From an uncultured virus (IMG/VR IMGVR_UViG_3300027749_002987) (taxonomy: Duplodnaviria > Heunggongvirae > Uroviricota > Caudoviricetes), in IMG/VR virus record IMGVR_UViG_3300027749_002987: a stretch of 60,540 nt of DNA. The stretch is one strand, 5' to 3'. The notes under the pieces were generated by a model that worked only from the letters and a program-made list of their open reading frames with translations, was not told the origin of the DNA and ran no database searches. Position 1 is the first letter of the stretch; the number at the start of each line of letters is the position of its first letter. Below are positions 8,842 through 17,930 of this stretch, piece after piece. The position numbers and the translations under genes were made by a program.

Positions 8842-9935
8842 AACCAAACGCATACTTCTATAATGCCAATCGTTTTAAAAATATTCCCGGCAATGATATG
8901 GAACGCTGGACGAGCTTATTTCAAATGATAAACTTTAACATTAGTTTTATAGACAGAACCGGCAATATTAAAATGCCTATAAGAACAAGTATTCCGTCGC
9001 AATTGGAAATGCCTGTATACGATCCTAATTTTTCTATGACCTACGAGGAATGCTGTCAACAGCAAGCACACACTATTTTGCAAAAACAGCAGGAATTAGA
9101 TGTACCTATTAGATTGCTGTATTCGGGCGGGATAGATTCTAGTCTCATCCTTGCGAGCTTTATTAAAGAGATCGGCCTAGCAGAATGCGAAAAACGCATA
9201 CAACTAGTTATGAGTATGGATAGTATAGAAGAAAATCCATGGATGTGGGAAAAGATTATACGCAGAAGCAATTTTAAATTTCTAGCGGGAGAGAAACACT
9301 CTGGCGACTGGGGCACAGATCGTATACTAGTGGGGGGAGAGTTTAATGATCAGTTGATGGGTTCTGATATATATAGGGATCTTGTAAGATGGCGTTCCAA
9401 TATTCTTGATCAACCTTGGACACAAACCTTAATGGTTGAGTATAATCTGCGACGAGGTCTCACACAGGCTAATGCTGAAATGTGGGCTGATATATTTTCT
9501 AATCACCTACGACAAGCGCCCTGTCCAGTTGATACTGTAGCAGATTGGTGGTGGTGGATAAATTTCAGTTGCAAATGGTCTAGTGTATATTTTAGAATTT
9601 TAATCTACGCAAGAGAATATACTAATATAGATCAATCTTATCTAGAAAATTACTACTGCCAATTTTACGGCTCGTCCGAATTTCAGAAGTGGAGTATGGT
9701 TGATCGCACACATAAACACAAAGGATCTTTTATAAACTATAAGTGGCATGCTCGAGATCTTGTTGCAGATTTCTTGCAAGGTGAGGAATATAAATCTAAA
9801 ATCAAACGTGGAAGTTTATGGAAATTGCTTGGCTATAAGTTTGGAGCAGACATCGTTGATCAAGATTATAACTACCATATGGATATAACTTCTGCTGATT
9901 GGTACAATCCTAACAATACATTTAAGAAATACTAA
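8832..9935 (+). CDS. asparagine synthetase-like adenine nucleotide alpha hydrolase
   Basis: LYSGGIDSS and LVGGEFNDQLMG (compare AsnB SGEGADELFG); no glutaminase domain. Confidence 0.75.
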   Translation: MDLKPNAYFYNANRFKNIPGNDMERWTSLFQMINFNISFIDRTGNIKMPIRTSIPSQLEMPVYDPNFSMTYEECCQQQAHTILQKQQELDVPIRLLYSGGIDSSLILASFIKEIGLAECEKRIQLVMSMDSIEENPWMWEKIIRRSNFKFLAGEKHSGDWGTDRILVGGEFNDQLMGSDIYRDLVRWRSNILDQPWTQTLMVEYNLRRGLTQANAEMWADIFSNHLRQAPCPVDTVADWWWWINFSCKWSSVYFRILIYAREYTNIDQSYLENYYCQFYGSSEFQKWSMVDRTHKHKGSFINYKWHARDLVADFLQGEEYKSKIKRGSLWKLLGYKFGADIVDQDYNYHMDITSADWYNPNNTFKKY

Positions 9936-9966
9936 TAGTAGTTTGTAAAAACTTTCTTAATTTTGA

Positions 9967-10575
9967 TTATACTTTATGAGTTCCGTTAAACATCGGGTGA
10001 TCAAATTCCGCTGATGCTGTACTGCTAAAGATATGTACAGGTAATACTATTAGTTCAGAATCTGTTGTTTTAAAATGATGCGGAGTCATTTTTCCAAGTA
10101 GGATAACATCGCCATAGTTTAATGGATATTCTTCTTGCGAATCAGCAGTACCGACAACAGATATGCCCTGTCCTTTAAAAACATAAACTACTCGGGCTGT
10201 AGCATGAATATGATGTGCCTGTTCAGATGTATACGGTGGTATACACAGCATTTGAAATGTTGGATCTCCTGGACGTACAGGGGTGACCAATTGTTTTGTA
10301 CTACAACCATTGATATAGGGTAGATCAGTACCTCGACCAAAACTACTAGTCCTTGTCTCAGGAGTATAACCATAAAGTTCTACACACATTTTATTCGAAG
10401 TCAACTCTAGCCCGTCGCCTGTTTTAGATATAGCAGTATTTCCATCAATATACCAATAGCTTGAGGTAGTGCTAGTATTAATTATATGCTGTCCAATATA
10501 TACTTTATATTGGTACAAATCTGTAGTTGATGACTCAACTACTGCTGATGTTTTTGAATTAATAATTTTAAACAT
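9967..10575 (-). CDS. cupin-domain protein
   Basis: QAHHIH...VYVFKGQG...GDVILL...PHHF. Confidence 0.75.
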   Translation of the reverse strand: MFKIINSKTSAVVESSTTDLYQYKVYIGQHIINTSTTSSYWYIDGNTAISKTGDGLELTSNKMCVELYGYTPETRTSSFGRGTDLPYINGCSTKQLVTPVRPGDPTFQMLCIPPYTSEQAHHIHATARVVYVFKGQGISVVGTADSQEEYPLNYGDVILLGKMTPHHFKTTDSELIVLPVHIFSSTASAEFDHPMFNGTHKV

Positions 10576-10588
10576 CAGTTTATATATC

Positions 10589-10879
10589 TCAAATGATAGT
10601 TATAATGTGTTCGGTAGTCATACCATTTGCATCGTTGTATAACGATCTAGCTGTTTTATATTCATTTTCGGCTGCAAGAAAATCATTAGCATATTGTTCA
10701 TTTTCAAAAATGAAAATATTTTCCCAAGTAGTTGGATGTAATTCCTGACCGGAAACATGGATTAGTCCGGGATTCGTGTACCACCATGATCGAAGATCGG
10801 TCATTGTTTCAGGAAACGCCCGACTAAACCATGTGGCTTGTTGTGGGTTTGTTGTAGTTGATGTTAATTTGGCTAGCAT
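10589..10879 (-). CDS. hypothetical protein
   Basis: AAGGAG RBS and GATAAATA (10897-10904, - strand) upstream. Confidence 0.75.
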   Translation of the reverse strand: MLAKLTSTTTNPQQATWFSRAFPETMTDLRSWWYTNPGLIHVSGQELHPTTWENIFIFENEQYANDFLAAENEYKTARSLYNDANGMTTEHIITII

Positions 10880-10936
10880 TGTAAGCTCCTTTAAGATATT
10901 TATCTAACTAAGTTAGCTGGGTTTGAGACCCGTACA

Positions 10937-11401
10937 TCATATATACTTGCTCATTCTATAAAACTTCGGCAGGAATCCAACACTTTCTGCACTGCGTAAT
11001 CTATCTTGATTATCAATATGAATAAAACTAGATATTTCAACTGCTCCTAGTTTTTTAGATAGTTGTTCAAAATGCCCGTGCATGATTTTATAAAGGCCTC
11101 TGCGTCTGTAATCAATATCTACTGCGCTTAATTCTATCCAGGTACGCTTTTGCTTATCAATATATTCAAAGATTATATGTCCGACTACTTTATTTTCTAT
11201 TTCAATATATATTGCCTGTTGCTGAGGACCTATCCCGATTGCAGAAGTTCCGAACCCATCTTCTAGCAACTTGGACTTGTATTTGTAATAAAAAGACATC
11301 ACTTCTACAGGACATGCTGCCAAGTTATTGCAGTGTTTGACAGTTACCTTTGCGCCAGTTTTATCTTCATTTATGGCTATTAGCTTGATAGACTGATTCA
11401 T
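10937..11401 (-). CDS. GNAT acetyltransferase
   Basis: AVDIDYRRRGLYK acyl-CoA motif A; AESVGF; start MNQS at 11401. Confidence 0.85.
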   Translation of the reverse strand: MNQSIKLIAINEDKTGAKVTVKHCNNLAACPVEVMSFYYKYKSKLLEDGFGTSAIGIGPQQQAIYIEIENKVVGHIIFEYIDKQKRTWIELSAVDIDYRRRGLYKIMHGHFEQLSKKLGAVEISSFIHIDNQDRLRSAESVGFLPKFYRMSKYI

Positions 11402-11897
11402 ATTTCTCCCAATTTTTAAAACCAATAGATCTTATTGGCCTTTTTAATTTCAAATTTAATTTATAATTCAAATAAGATACAAATGTGTTACAATTTTGAT
11501 TAATAAGTCTAAACTTTTTAATAGGATACTCTTCACACGCCTGTTGTATTTTTAAAAACGTAGTTCTATTCGGAGCAGAGCTAGCAATCATAGGAGTTGA
11601 CCCGAACCATTTAGCATCAGCTACTCTGTCACTGATCGTAGGAGCATGTTCTTGAAATGCTGTATCTGCCCAATTATATAGAATTGATGCATGCTGTACA
11701 GCAATTGTTTCCGGATCAGTTAGTTCAACTACTAATTGTGCATTGTGATAGTCAGACCAAAAAGTCAGCCATGAGTGTGTTCCGCCGAGCCATCCTTTTA
11801 AAGCCCAAGCCCTGCTATGGACATAATAAATTCGATCCTTGGCAAATGTTAGCCCCACAGGTGACTGATCTAATAGTCTCCAATCTTTAAAAAACAT
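11367..11897 (-). CDS. permuted papain-like (PPPDE/LRAT-type) protein
   Basis: GGTHSW His and QNCNTF Cys in permuted order. Confidence 0.6.
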   Translation of the reverse strand: MFFKDWRLLDQSPVGLTFAKDRIYYVHSRAWALKGWLGGTHSWLTFWSDYHNAQLVVELTDPETIAVQHASILYNWADTAFQEHAPTISDRVADAKWFGSTPMIASSAPNRTTFLKIQQACEEYPIKKFRLINQNCNTFVSYLNYKLNLKLKRPIRSIGFKNWEKYESVYQANSHK

Positions 11898-11917
11898 TGA
11901 ATTTTTCCTCTCGCAGA

Positions 11918-11934
11918 TATTTATAAGATAAATA
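11918..11934. promoter_or_regulatory. back-to-back late-like promoters
   Basis: TATAAATA on - strand (11918-11925) and GATAAATA on + strand (11927-11934). Confidence 0.7.
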
Positions 11935-11938
11935 TACC

Positions 11939-12742
11939 ATGCATAAAATTAACGGATTGCCCTATTTAGATCTTACTCCCTATGTAGATATTGAGGGGTT
12001 AAAAAATATAGAAAAAGATATAGCTCTAGGTTTAGTAAAATCTAAAATGGGATTCCACGATTCATCGGCAAACAGATATAACTGTTTAGATCAGTCTCGA
12101 TCCTCGATGCTACACGAAACAACTGATGAAATGTTAATGGATCAAAACGGCCCATTTTATAATGAATTTCGAGAACTCAGGTTTAACAGAACAGATTGTG
12201 CCATGTTTGTTCGCTACATGAAAAAAGTTCAAACTTTAGGGCAATTAATATATCTCAGAAGTCTTAACAAACATTTAAGCATTGGGTTAAAATCTTTTAC
12301 AAACGGCTGTAGTGATACAGTATTATATAAAAATTTTCCATCTTTAAAAGAATGGATCAACCAACTAAAAATATTTGACCAAATTGGAAGAATAATATTT
12401 TGGCTCAATACTCCGGGAGAGATGGGAAGTATACATAGAGATACCTATCAAGGATGGCCTGATAATTTTATCCATATTAATCTTGACCCAGAAAGAAAAA
12501 CGGTATTCTTATTAGATGATGATAAGAACAAAATCAATATAACTTCGCCAGTATCTGTGTTTGATATTAGAAATTATCACGGATCCCAAGGACACGAATT
12601 CCACGGGTGGACTCTTAGAATTGACGGATTATATAATAAAGAATGGGCCCAGAAAGTGGGAATTTGGGAACATTTTAATTATGAGTCTGCTCCATCTTAT
12701 AATAGTTTAAATGCTGCCGGTCATAAGCCGCTTGCCAGTTAA
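11939..12742 (+). CDS. Fe(II)/2OG-type oxygenase-like protein
   Basis: IHRD...YHGS...LRIDG. Confidence 0.55.
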   Translation: MHKINGLPYLDLTPYVDIEGLKNIEKDIALGLVKSKMGFHDSSANRYNCLDQSRSSMLHETTDEMLMDQNGPFYNEFRELRFNRTDCAMFVRYMKKVQTLGQLIYLRSLNKHLSIGLKSFTNGCSDTVLYKNFPSLKEWINQLKIFDQIGRIIFWLNTPGEMGSIHRDTYQGWPDNFIHINLDPERKTVFLLDDDKNKINITSPVSVFDIRNYHGSQGHEFHGWTLRIDGLYNKEWAQKVGIWEHFNYESAPSYNSLNAAGHKPLAS

Positions 12743-13487
12743 TAACATCGATATCCCACTGGCCTGTTGGTCGAGGATCATGTTGCATATAGTTATAATA
12801 GTCTGTTCCTGCAACCATCACTGTACTTTCGGGGCTTATTTCTAATACAGGTTTACATTCAGTACTAGCAAATATCATACCCATTGCAATTCGAGGAGTA
12901 GTAGCATTATTTTTACCGCTGCCATGAATTGTATAAGGACTATGAATTAGTATATGCCCGGCGGGGACTGCTGTTTTGATTCTCGTTTTAGGAACATCAA
13001 CATCTACAGTCTGCCCACGCATTAGTAAATTTGAATCTGTTTTAACATCCTTATGACGTTTTTGAAACACTCGATGGCTCCCTTGTACATATTCTAGGCT
13101 ACCGTGCTCCGGAGTTACATCATCAAATGCAAACCAAACAGTAACAGCTTTGTGTTTATTTGTAAAATTCCAATATGTGGCATCTTGATGAAAACTAACA
13201 TCTTTTCCATCACCGGGTTTTTTAATCCAAAATAATGTATCCCAGCAATGTATGTTGGGCCCGATAATTTGTTCTACATAAGAAATCAATTTAGAGTTAC
13301 GACTGATTTCATCTACCCAGTCAAACAGAGTATTACTCTTGCATCTGTAATCACTGTTCATAAGATCTAATTTTTCATCGACAGACAATACTAAATTTTT
13401 AAATTTTTTAGACTCTTCTTGACTCATTATTTCTAGCGGGCCGATCCAGCCGTTTGTTTCAAACAGTTGTTTAATATCTGCTGTCAT
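12675..13487 (-). CDS. phytanoyl-CoA dioxygenase (PhyH) family protein
   Basis: FHQDATYW, TVWFAFDD, GSL..V.GSH, IHGS..N...R. Confidence 0.9.
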   Translation of the reverse strand: MTADIKQLFETNGWIGPLEIMSQEESKKFKNLVLSVDEKLDLMNSDYRCKSNTLFDWVDEISRNSKLISYVEQIIGPNIHCWDTLFWIKKPGDGKDVSFHQDATYWNFTNKHKAVTVWFAFDDVTPEHGSLEYVQGSHRVFQKRHKDVKTDSNLLMRGQTVDVDVPKTRIKTAVPAGHILIHSPYTIHGSGKNNATTPRIAMGMIFASTECKPVLEISPESTVMVAGTDYYNYMQHDPRPTGQWDIDVINWQAAYDRQHLNYYKMEQTHN

Positions 13488-13508
13488 AATAGATTTCCTT
13501 TGAGACTG

Positions 13509-13568
13509 TATTTACCGTTATATATTTGTCCAAGAAAAATCTGCTGTCATATAAGTTGATGTTAAATA
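13509..13568. promoter_or_regulatory. divergent late-like promoters
   Basis: GGTAAATA on - strand (13509-13516); GTTAAATA on + strand (13561-13568). Confidence 0.55.
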
Positions 13569-13572
13569 GTGT

Positions 13573-14904
13573 ATGGTTAATTTTACAAAAAACAAAGTGT
13601 TAGTGGTAGGATCGTCAACTTCAAACGTCTACCTAGGAACAGTTTTGGCAAGGTCGCATCCTGAGATTGATTTTGATGTCCTATGCGCAGAAGAATTCCA
13701 GTCAACGGTTCCTAACTTACATATCAAGTCATATCCTATCAACATTAGTTTTCCTGTAACTTCCAGTACTGTGCTTTCTAAAGATAATATTGGTAAATCT
13801 AAAGTCGATGGCCTTAACGACGATTTATTAGAGATCATGAAGAATGCCGAAAATGATTACGACTTTATGATAGCATCTGGTGTAGATTTTCAAAAATGGG
13901 AGCCACTGAACGATATCAGGCATAACTTCAATATTCCATTCTTTTGTCCCAATGAAGAAGTATCAAATTTAGAAGAGTCTAAATTATTCACAAAAGAATT
14001 ATTATTAGATTGTGGGATACCTACGCCAGATTATAAGATTATAGATAAGGATAGAATTATAGAAGACTTAGATAATCTATCTTTTCCTATAGTATTTAAA
14101 ATGGATAAGTTATTTTCTCATATGGGCTTTGGATCATGGGTGTTTCGCGATCACGAATACAAACAAATATTATCTAGTTTATTAGGCCTTGCATCTGAAT
14201 CTCAAAGATATTATGTTGAGGATTTTGTAAAGGGAAAAGAAGTTTCTGTACATTTTTTATGTAACGGGGTCAGTACAACTTATATTGGGGCTGCCAGAGA
14301 TTACAAAAAAATACAAGACGGTGACCGAGGAATAAACACCGCCGGAATGGGTTGCTACTCCCCAGTAGAATACTTTACTGATGATATAAAGAATGTTGTT
14401 TGCAACTATGCAGATATACTGGTATCGCATCTAAATTCTTTAGGGATATTTTACCACGGGTTTTTATATATTGGCATAATGATTGACGATGACGGGATTC
14501 CACAAGTATTAGAATTAAACACTCGTGTAGGCAATCCCGAATTTATGGCTATCTTGAATACTATTAACACTTCTAATCTTTTAGAAAATATGCTGGCAGC
14601 AACTAATGGCGATGAATTAATCCCATTCACACAAACTAGCAATGCGTGTAGCGTTGTATGCATACGCCATGCAATTTATAATAATGTTATGAAATGCAAT
14701 TCAGCTGTGCCTACTATTGATAATATTCCGGAAGATATAGAGTATATACAAAACAGCCTATGGCTTAGTAAGTTTAATATAAGAGGATTTGTACTATCAA
14801 TTGCAGACACTAGACAAACAGCATCTGATAATATATACAGATACCTTTCAACTAAAAATCTAAGAGATTTTACTGTAAGAACAGATATAGGATATCTAGA
14901 ATGA
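13573..14904 (+). CDS. PurD (GAR synthetase)-like ATP-grasp ligase, divergent
   Basis: LEESKLFTK, GKEVS, DYKK..DGD.G.NTAGMG.YSP, ELNTRVGNPE; N-terminal GGREH loop absent. Confidence 0.8.
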   Translation: MVNFTKNKVLVVGSSTSNVYLGTVLARSHPEIDFDVLCAEEFQSTVPNLHIKSYPINISFPVTSSTVLSKDNIGKSKVDGLNDDLLEIMKNAENDYDFMIASGVDFQKWEPLNDIRHNFNIPFFCPNEEVSNLEESKLFTKELLLDCGIPTPDYKIIDKDRIIEDLDNLSFPIVFKMDKLFSHMGFGSWVFRDHEYKQILSSLLGLASESQRYYVEDFVKGKEVSVHFLCNGVSTTYIGAARDYKKIQDGDRGINTAGMGCYSPVEYFTDDIKNVVCNYADILVSHLNSLGIFYHGFLYIGIMIDDDGIPQVLELNTRVGNPEFMAILNTINTSNLLENMLAATNGDELIPFTQTSNACSVVCIRHAIYNNVMKCNSAVPTIDNIPEDIEYIQNSLWLSKFNIRGFVLSIADTRQTASDNIYRYLSTKNLRDFTVRTDIGYLE

Positions 14905-16097
14905 ATCTCGATGGACTTTATACTACGAATCAGATAGGATATTATCTAGTTAATGGAAAGTATTTTATAAACAAATACGAAGCATTGCTGTATGCTACTA
15001 AGTATGATTCTACTCCAACATTTCATTGGTTTGACAGCGCATTTAATAATTTTGATAATAGCTTACTGGGTAAAATACCGCTAGATTCTCTGTACAAAGA
15101 AAGAGCTCAGCAACTACGTGACAAATATGATTACCTTATTTTAAATTATTCAGGTGGGTGTGATAGCTGGAATATACTAAAAATATTTTTAGATAACAAC
15201 ATTAAGCTGGATCAAGTTATGGTTTGCTGGCCATTCAGTGCTGTTGATAAAGGAATATATACTCCTAACAACAAAGATAAAAGAGTTACTAATTTTATGA
15301 GCGAGTGGGATTTTGCCACTAAACCGGATTTAGAATGGTTAACAAAAGAGCATCCTGAAATAAAAATAGAATTAATAGATTGGGCTGAACCTTTTAAACA
15401 ACAGAGCTCGATTATTCATGATGGTGTATTTGATAACTTAAATCATTTTCATAACTTAGCAGACATCACTCGATCTACAATGTTTTCTAAAACAGAAGAA
15501 AAATTGATCAACGAAGGTAAAACAGTCGCTACTATATGGGGACTAGATAAACCTATGATTTGTCTAGATGGTAATGATGTAGTTATGCGATTCAATGATA
15601 GTGTTACCACTGTTGCTCATCCTGCTCCATGTAATCCAAAAGGCACAGAATACTTTTATTGGACTCCGGATATGCCTATCATCGCTTTTGAAATGGCATA
15701 TCAAACTGCTAATTGGTTTAAAGCTCGAGCTGGGCACATGAAGTTTATGTTTAAGTCAGATGATAATTTAGTTTCGATGAGCAAACCAACGTTTCTAGCT
15801 AAACAACAAATTAATCAAATAGCTGCCAGAGATAGTTGTTATACAACATGGACTGACAAAAATAAATTTCAAGTAAACAAACCTCAGAGTGCTATTCGAG
15901 ACGATAAAGATTATTGGCTGTATAGTCATACTGAATTGTCCCACCATGTTAAAGATTGGAAATCTTTATACTATACAGAGACTCTTTCTCAAATCTCTGA
16001 AAAGTTGTGCATAACACATAACAATGTTAAACTTGGATACAAATCTTTTTTTACAAAACCCTATAAAGTTACCGAGTTTGAAAAAATTAACTTATAG
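14901..16097 (+). CDS. adenine nucleotide alpha hydrolase (PP-loop) protein
   Basis: RAQQLRDKYDYLILNYSGGCDS; G.DKP. Confidence 0.7.
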   Translation: MNLDGLYTTNQIGYYLVNGKYFINKYEALLYATKYDSTPTFHWFDSAFNNFDNSLLGKIPLDSLYKERAQQLRDKYDYLILNYSGGCDSWNILKIFLDNNIKLDQVMVCWPFSAVDKGIYTPNNKDKRVTNFMSEWDFATKPDLEWLTKEHPEIKIELIDWAEPFKQQSSIIHDGVFDNLNHFHNLADITRSTMFSKTEEKLINEGKTVATIWGLDKPMICLDGNDVVMRFNDSVTTVAHPAPCNPKGTEYFYWTPDMPIIAFEMAYQTANWFKARAGHMKFMFKSDDNLVSMSKPTFLAKQQINQIAARDSCYTTWTDKNKFQVNKPQSAIRDDKDYWLYSHTELSHHVKDWKSLYYTETLSQISEKLCITHNNVKLGYKSFFTKPYKVTEFEKINL

Positions 16098-16673
16098 ATT
16101 TAATGAAAATTTATTTTTAAATTTTAGCCAAACACTGGAATTTTTAAATTGAAAATATGCTACCCACTGTTTACAACTTTCGGGTACTGGATCTAACGAT
16201 CCGCACACGTTAAATTTTTCATTTTCCAAAACAAACTTGTAATTGCAATTGACCTGTACTAGATCAATGTATGATGCAAACCCTTTAAGATTTTCTTCTC
16301 TACTTATGAAAACAGTATCCAAATCAATTATTTTTGCCTGCTCAAGTTGCACTGGTAAACAGTAGGTTGTATTTAAAAATCGGTCGCCACCTGTGAATTT
16401 AGACAGACTATTGATTCTATAAGTGGGATGTACCCACATTCTAGTACTGACTCTTCCAATGCCAGACCCCCATCGATCCGGGGCAAGTTGTAGAGCACTA
16501 AAACATATAATTTGGTTGTTTTCTATGAGGCAAGTAAAGCACTCAAACTGTCTAGGATCCAATCCTACATAGTTGTCCTTTAAACGAGAGTTATCCAAAG
16601 ATATGGTACGTTGGCAATCGTCCCATAATGTTTGGTTAAAATTTTTGGAGAAATCTTCTACGTGTCTTAGCAT
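16092..16673 (-). CDS. GNAT-like protein
   Basis: RMWVHPTYR motif-A-like segment; ATTAAATA upstream (16680-16687). Confidence 0.5.
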   Translation of the reverse strand: MLRHVEDFSKNFNQTLWDDCQRTISLDNSRLKDNYVGLDPRQFECFTCLIENNQIICFSALQLAPDRWGSGIGRVSTRMWVHPTYRINSLSKFTGGDRFLNTTYCLPVQLEQAKIIDLDTVFISREENLKGFASYIDLVQVNCNYKFVLENEKFNVCGSLDPVPESCKQWVAYFQFKNSSVWLKFKNKFSLNL

Positions 16674-16714
16674 ATGATCTATTTAATGCTGAAAGCCAAT
16701 AGGTTAACAAGGTA

Positions 16715-16743
16715 TTGACTTTAGTTCTAAAAGACTATATAAT
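16715..16743 (+). promoter_or_regulatory. sigma70-type promoter
   Basis: TTGACT-17 nt-TATAAT. Confidence 0.85.
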
Positions 16744-16750
16744 ACAAAAT

Positions 16751-16846
16751 ATGGACGTGAGTGGAACATGGTATACCTCCAGCTTGCTGGGCCAGGGCCT
16801 TGCCCTTAGGGTGGCTTTGTAGGTTCGAATCCTACCGTCCATACCA
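16751..16846 (+). ncRNA. tRNA-like RNA lacking a canonical anticodon loop
   Basis: acceptor ATGGACG/CGTCCAT + A + CCA; T arm GTAGG-TTCGAAT-CCTAC; D-loop TGGTA; anticodon arm CCAG-CTTG-CTGG; 28-nt variable region. Confidence 0.8.
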
Positions 16847-16875
16847 TTTTAAACACAGGCACAGAAAGGCAGTTT

Positions 16876-17205
16876 ATGAAAAAGGCACTTGCAGTAATTT
16901 TGGTATTAACCTCTTTGAACACATTTGCAGATGTTAAGGATCCAAATTGGCAAAATGGCGAGGCAAGTTTTAAAGCCTCAAATAACATAGTCGATTCTTC
17001 TAATATTAAATGGGTCGTTGTTTCCAACATTAACGCCACCTGTGACGCTGAAAGTAAAAAGCGTGGGTTTGGCGGTTTTGGATTTAGTGTCGATGCTTGT
17101 AGTTTTTGGGTAGATAAGCAATGTACTATCTTTACCGGTGCTAAGACAACCATGCATCAACTAGGTCATGAAGTCCGTCATTGTTTCCAAGGAAGTTTTC
17201 ATTGA
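16876..17205 (+). CDS. exported protein with HExxH motif
   Basis: signal peptide; LGHEVRHC. Confidence 0.7.
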   Translation: MKKALAVILVLTSLNTFADVKDPNWQNGEASFKASNNIVDSSNIKWVVVSNINATCDAESKKRGFGGFGFSVDACSFWVDKQCTIFTGAKTTMHQLGHEVRHCFQGSFH

Positions 17206-17744
17206 AAAAAGTAGCATCAAGCCCTGAGCGTCATACCTTTCAAAAAGAAGGGTACATCAAACACTGTGAGGAAGAAGGCAAGGAGCCTAATCCCGACTAT
17301 GTTGACATGTACAAAACTTGGCGAGAACAGGATGAAGAAAATTTAAAAGATCCTGTTTGGCAACGGAACAACATGGAGTATGATCTCCGTAGTTCAAAAG
17401 AAATGTGCGACAAAGTCAAAGCCAGTGACAACTATGCTCAAAACTTGTATGCCGCAATGTGTAACATGACTTGGCAAAGCAGAGAGTTCTGGCAGGAGAT
17501 GAAAGGTGAAACTTGGAGTTGCAGTTGGCGCCATGCAGGTGGTATCATTGCTGACATGCAGGAAAAGGGTGACTACATTGATTGGTACTGTAGCGGCATT
17601 GGTAATAGTGAAGATGGTTACGGTCTCGCAGGCAACAAACCAGAGCAAGGTGCTTATGTGCCAGAAGGTGTTGTTACGGAAGAAATTGAATTGGATTTGA
17701 ACCGTTTGGGTTGGAGACCAGTTCCTTGGAGTGATGATGAATAA
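17202..17744 (+). CDS. hypothetical protein
   Basis: ORF track 17181; TTG at 17202 overlaps upstream stop; start uncertain. Confidence 0.65.
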   Translation: MKKVASSPERHTFQKEGYIKHCEEEGKEPNPDYVDMYKTWREQDEENLKDPVWQRNNMEYDLRSSKEMCDKVKASDNYAQNLYAAMCNMTWQSREFWQEMKGETWSCSWRHAGGIIADMQEKGDYIDWYCSGIGNSEDGYGLAGNKPEQGAYVPEGVVTEEIELDLNRLGWRPVPWSDDE

Positions 17745-17759
17745 CAGAGTAAATACACA

Positions 17760-17930
17760 ATGGAAAAATTAATATTTAATGTGGAAGATATATTCGAAGA
17801 CATTCCGGGAGATCCGGACAATGTTATCATGAAGATCCCTCCAGAGATACTTGAACGCAATGGATGGAACACCGGCGACACCCTGAACGTTGAAATACAA
17901 GACGGTGCAATCGTCATAAGCAAAGTATAA
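17760..17930 (+). CDS. AbrB/MazE-like swapped-hairpin protein (not in ORF track)
   Basis: MKIPPEILERNGWNTGDTLNVEIQDGAIVISK; AGTAAATA (17748-17755) 4 nt upstream. Confidence 0.7.
   Translation: MEKLIFNVEDIFEDIPGDPDNVIMKIPPEILERNGWNTGDTLNVEIQDGAIVISKV

Noticed and set aside
10904..10931. Small inverted repeats CTAACT/AGTTAG and GGGTT/GACCC as a terminator
   Set aside because: Short stems, tiny loops and no U tract
13573..14904. Gene symbol purD as a purine auxiliary gene
   Set aside because: Substrate-binding GGREH loop missing and context is not purine synthesis
6413..16097. queC call for the SGGxDS proteins, given queD in the window
   Set aside because: They lack the QueC C-terminal Zn-binding Cys cluster and are much longer
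3863..16673. Lasso peptide or other RiPP cluster
   Set aside because: No recognisable precursor peptide, RRE, transglutaminase-like B protein or transporter
16751..16846. Ordinary decoding tRNA (Leu, Ser or Sec) or tmRNA
   Set aside because: No 7-nt anticodon loop in any register, no UCA anticodon, no G3-U70 pair and no tag reading frame
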